Assembly: GCA_007135645.1 (NCBI GenBank)
Contig: SLIL01000158.1
Span: 1 to 38,484 of the forward strand
Source of the DNA: Bacteroidales bacterium
Lineage (GTDB): Bacteria > Bacteroidota > Bacteroidia > Bacteroidales > UBA7960
DNA length: 38,484 nucleotides
Reading direction: 5' to 3'
A program made the translations under genes and the position numbers. The notes under the pieces were generated by a model. It worked only from the letters and a program-made list of their open reading frames with translations, searched no databases and was not told where the DNA came from. Positions 37,398-38,484 of this stretch are shown one piece after another (position 1 is the stretch's first letter; each line of letters begins with the position of its first letter).

Positions 37398-38483
37398 TTA
37401 CCGGTGCAGGATCCAGGCATCAGGGTTAACCTGTTTAGCTTGCTCGAGATCGCGTTCGGCTTGCTGCAGATCATAATAGTAGCCGTAAGATACCCTGTAG
37501 AATCCCAGGCGGTTGATGGGGAAAACACTGGCTGTACGGGCTCCTTTCATACGAAGCTCTTCGGCAAGGATCTCGGCGCTGTGCTCCTCTTCAAAACTAC
37601 CTACGATAATGTAAAATACGGGTCTGCCTCTTTCGGGAGCAGGAGGTGCAACCGTGGGATCAAACACTTCTTCGGGTTCATCCTGGACTACCTCTTCCAC
37701 CTCAGGCTCAGTAACTACAGGTGCTGGTGTATGGGTTACCACTGGTTCTTTAGATCTGAATACTGACTTCTCCCCAAAAATATATTCAAAATTAAAAGCA
37801 AGAATAATAATGATAATGAGTAATGGAACCACGGTAAATGCGACCCACTTCAGCGCAGGGGGTAAACCGGCTGGTTTTTTATCCGTGTGCCTGTCATCAA
37901 AATGATCATCATCATGCTCCTGATCAGATGTGGAAGGAGTAAATTCTTTCTTTGCAAACGGATGAACGGGCCTGGGTACTTCCTTTTTCTCTTCCTCAGG
38001 AGCTTTATCTTTTGGTGGTTCCGGTACCGGTGGTGAAACAGGAGGAATTTCTTTCTTTTCCGGTTCCTGAACAGGAGGAGGTGTTTCTTTTTTTACATCT
38101 TCAAGCACTTTGTCCAGTTCGGTTTTGGCATCCTCTTCACGCTTCTTGGAAGGCTCCTTTACACTGGTCATTCCAATGGAGTCGTTCAGGTAATTGATGG
38201 ATGTGTCGGGCTCAAAAGCAATTATACCACTCTGATCAAGGGAAAATACACCGATACTTTCCAGCTCAACCTTTTTGCCAGACTTGAGTGAATTCTGCAT
38301 CTCGGCAACAAAATCAGTTACAAAATCTTTGGCTTGCTGGCTGCCGATACCTTCCTTCTTGGCAATATATTCAATCAGCAAACCGCCGCCGGTTTTGTTT
38401 TTCTCATTGAATGTAACCACTTTGGATGGTGATTCTACCTTTTTTAATTCCGGGATAAATTTTGCCGGAATGTATTTTGTAGA
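37398..38483 (-). CDS. HU-like (CCDC81-type) N-terminus, Pro/charged linker, TM and periplasmic SPOR domain; 5' end lies outside the window
   Basis: Frame stays open beyond the track start at 38420 (STKYIPAKFIPELKKVESPSKVVTFNE); VELESIGVF; TM; FYIIVGSF...YRVSYG...AWIL SPOR motifs. Confidence 0.85.
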   Translation of the reverse strand, partial: STKYIPAKFIPELKKVESPSKVVTFNEKNKTGGGLLIEYIAKKEGIGSQQAKDFVTDFVAEMQNSLKSGKKVELESIGVFSLDQSGIIAFEPDTSINYLNDSIGMTSVKEPSKKREEDAKTELDKVLEDVKKETPPPVQEPEKKEIPPVSPPVPEPPKDKAPEEEKKEVPRPVHPFAKKEFTPSTSDQEHDDDHFDDRHTDKKPAGLPPALKWVAFTVVPLLIIIIILAFNFEYIFGEKSVFRSKEPVVTHTPAPVVTEPEVEEVVQDEPEEVFDPTVAPPAPERGRPVFYIIVGSFEEEHSAEILAEELRMKGARTASVFPINRLGFYRVSYGYYYDLQQAERDLEQAKQVNPDAWILHR

Positions 38484-38484
38484 A

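Noticed and set aside
1-38484. tRNA, rRNA, CRISPR arrays, prophage, transposase or defence genes
   Set aside because: None recognised by eye; small structured RNAs in the larger spacers cannot be excluded without a covariance search.

Overview
Bacteroidota (Bacteroidales/Marinilabiliales-like) chromosome. This call rests on gene content, TAnnTTTG promoters and Gln-starting mature secreted proteins. From the left: a 3'-truncated Cache-HAMP sensor (absent from the ORF track) and a secreted ankyrin protein, then yqeY and a complete Bacteroidota-type dcw operon on the minus strand (mraZ-rsmH-ftsL-ftsI-murE-mraY-murD-ftsW-murG-murC-ftsQ-ftsA-ftsZ, no murF) with MraZ boxes. Next come a divergent acyltransferase pair (glsA/glsB-like, amino-acid lipid synthesis), yihA, gldB and a PorT-like barrel. 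An accessory block (about 23.2-31.3 kb) holds six co-oriented, all-exported uncharacterised genes (LPP20-like lipoprotein, DUF6175-like protein, a FlgT-like/beta-barrel fusion and others). It also carries two diverged copies of a ~130-bp inverted-repeat-bounded element. The window ends with nadE, a surface lipoprotein, nfuA, mrp/apbC, an alkyltransferase-like gene, trmB and a 5'-truncated HU-like/SPOR gene. The best candidate for an undescribed system is the six-gene envelope cluster. Several exported proteins are strongly Lys-poor and Arg-rich, which suggests an alkaliphile. All family calls come from motif recognition by eye; no searches were run.
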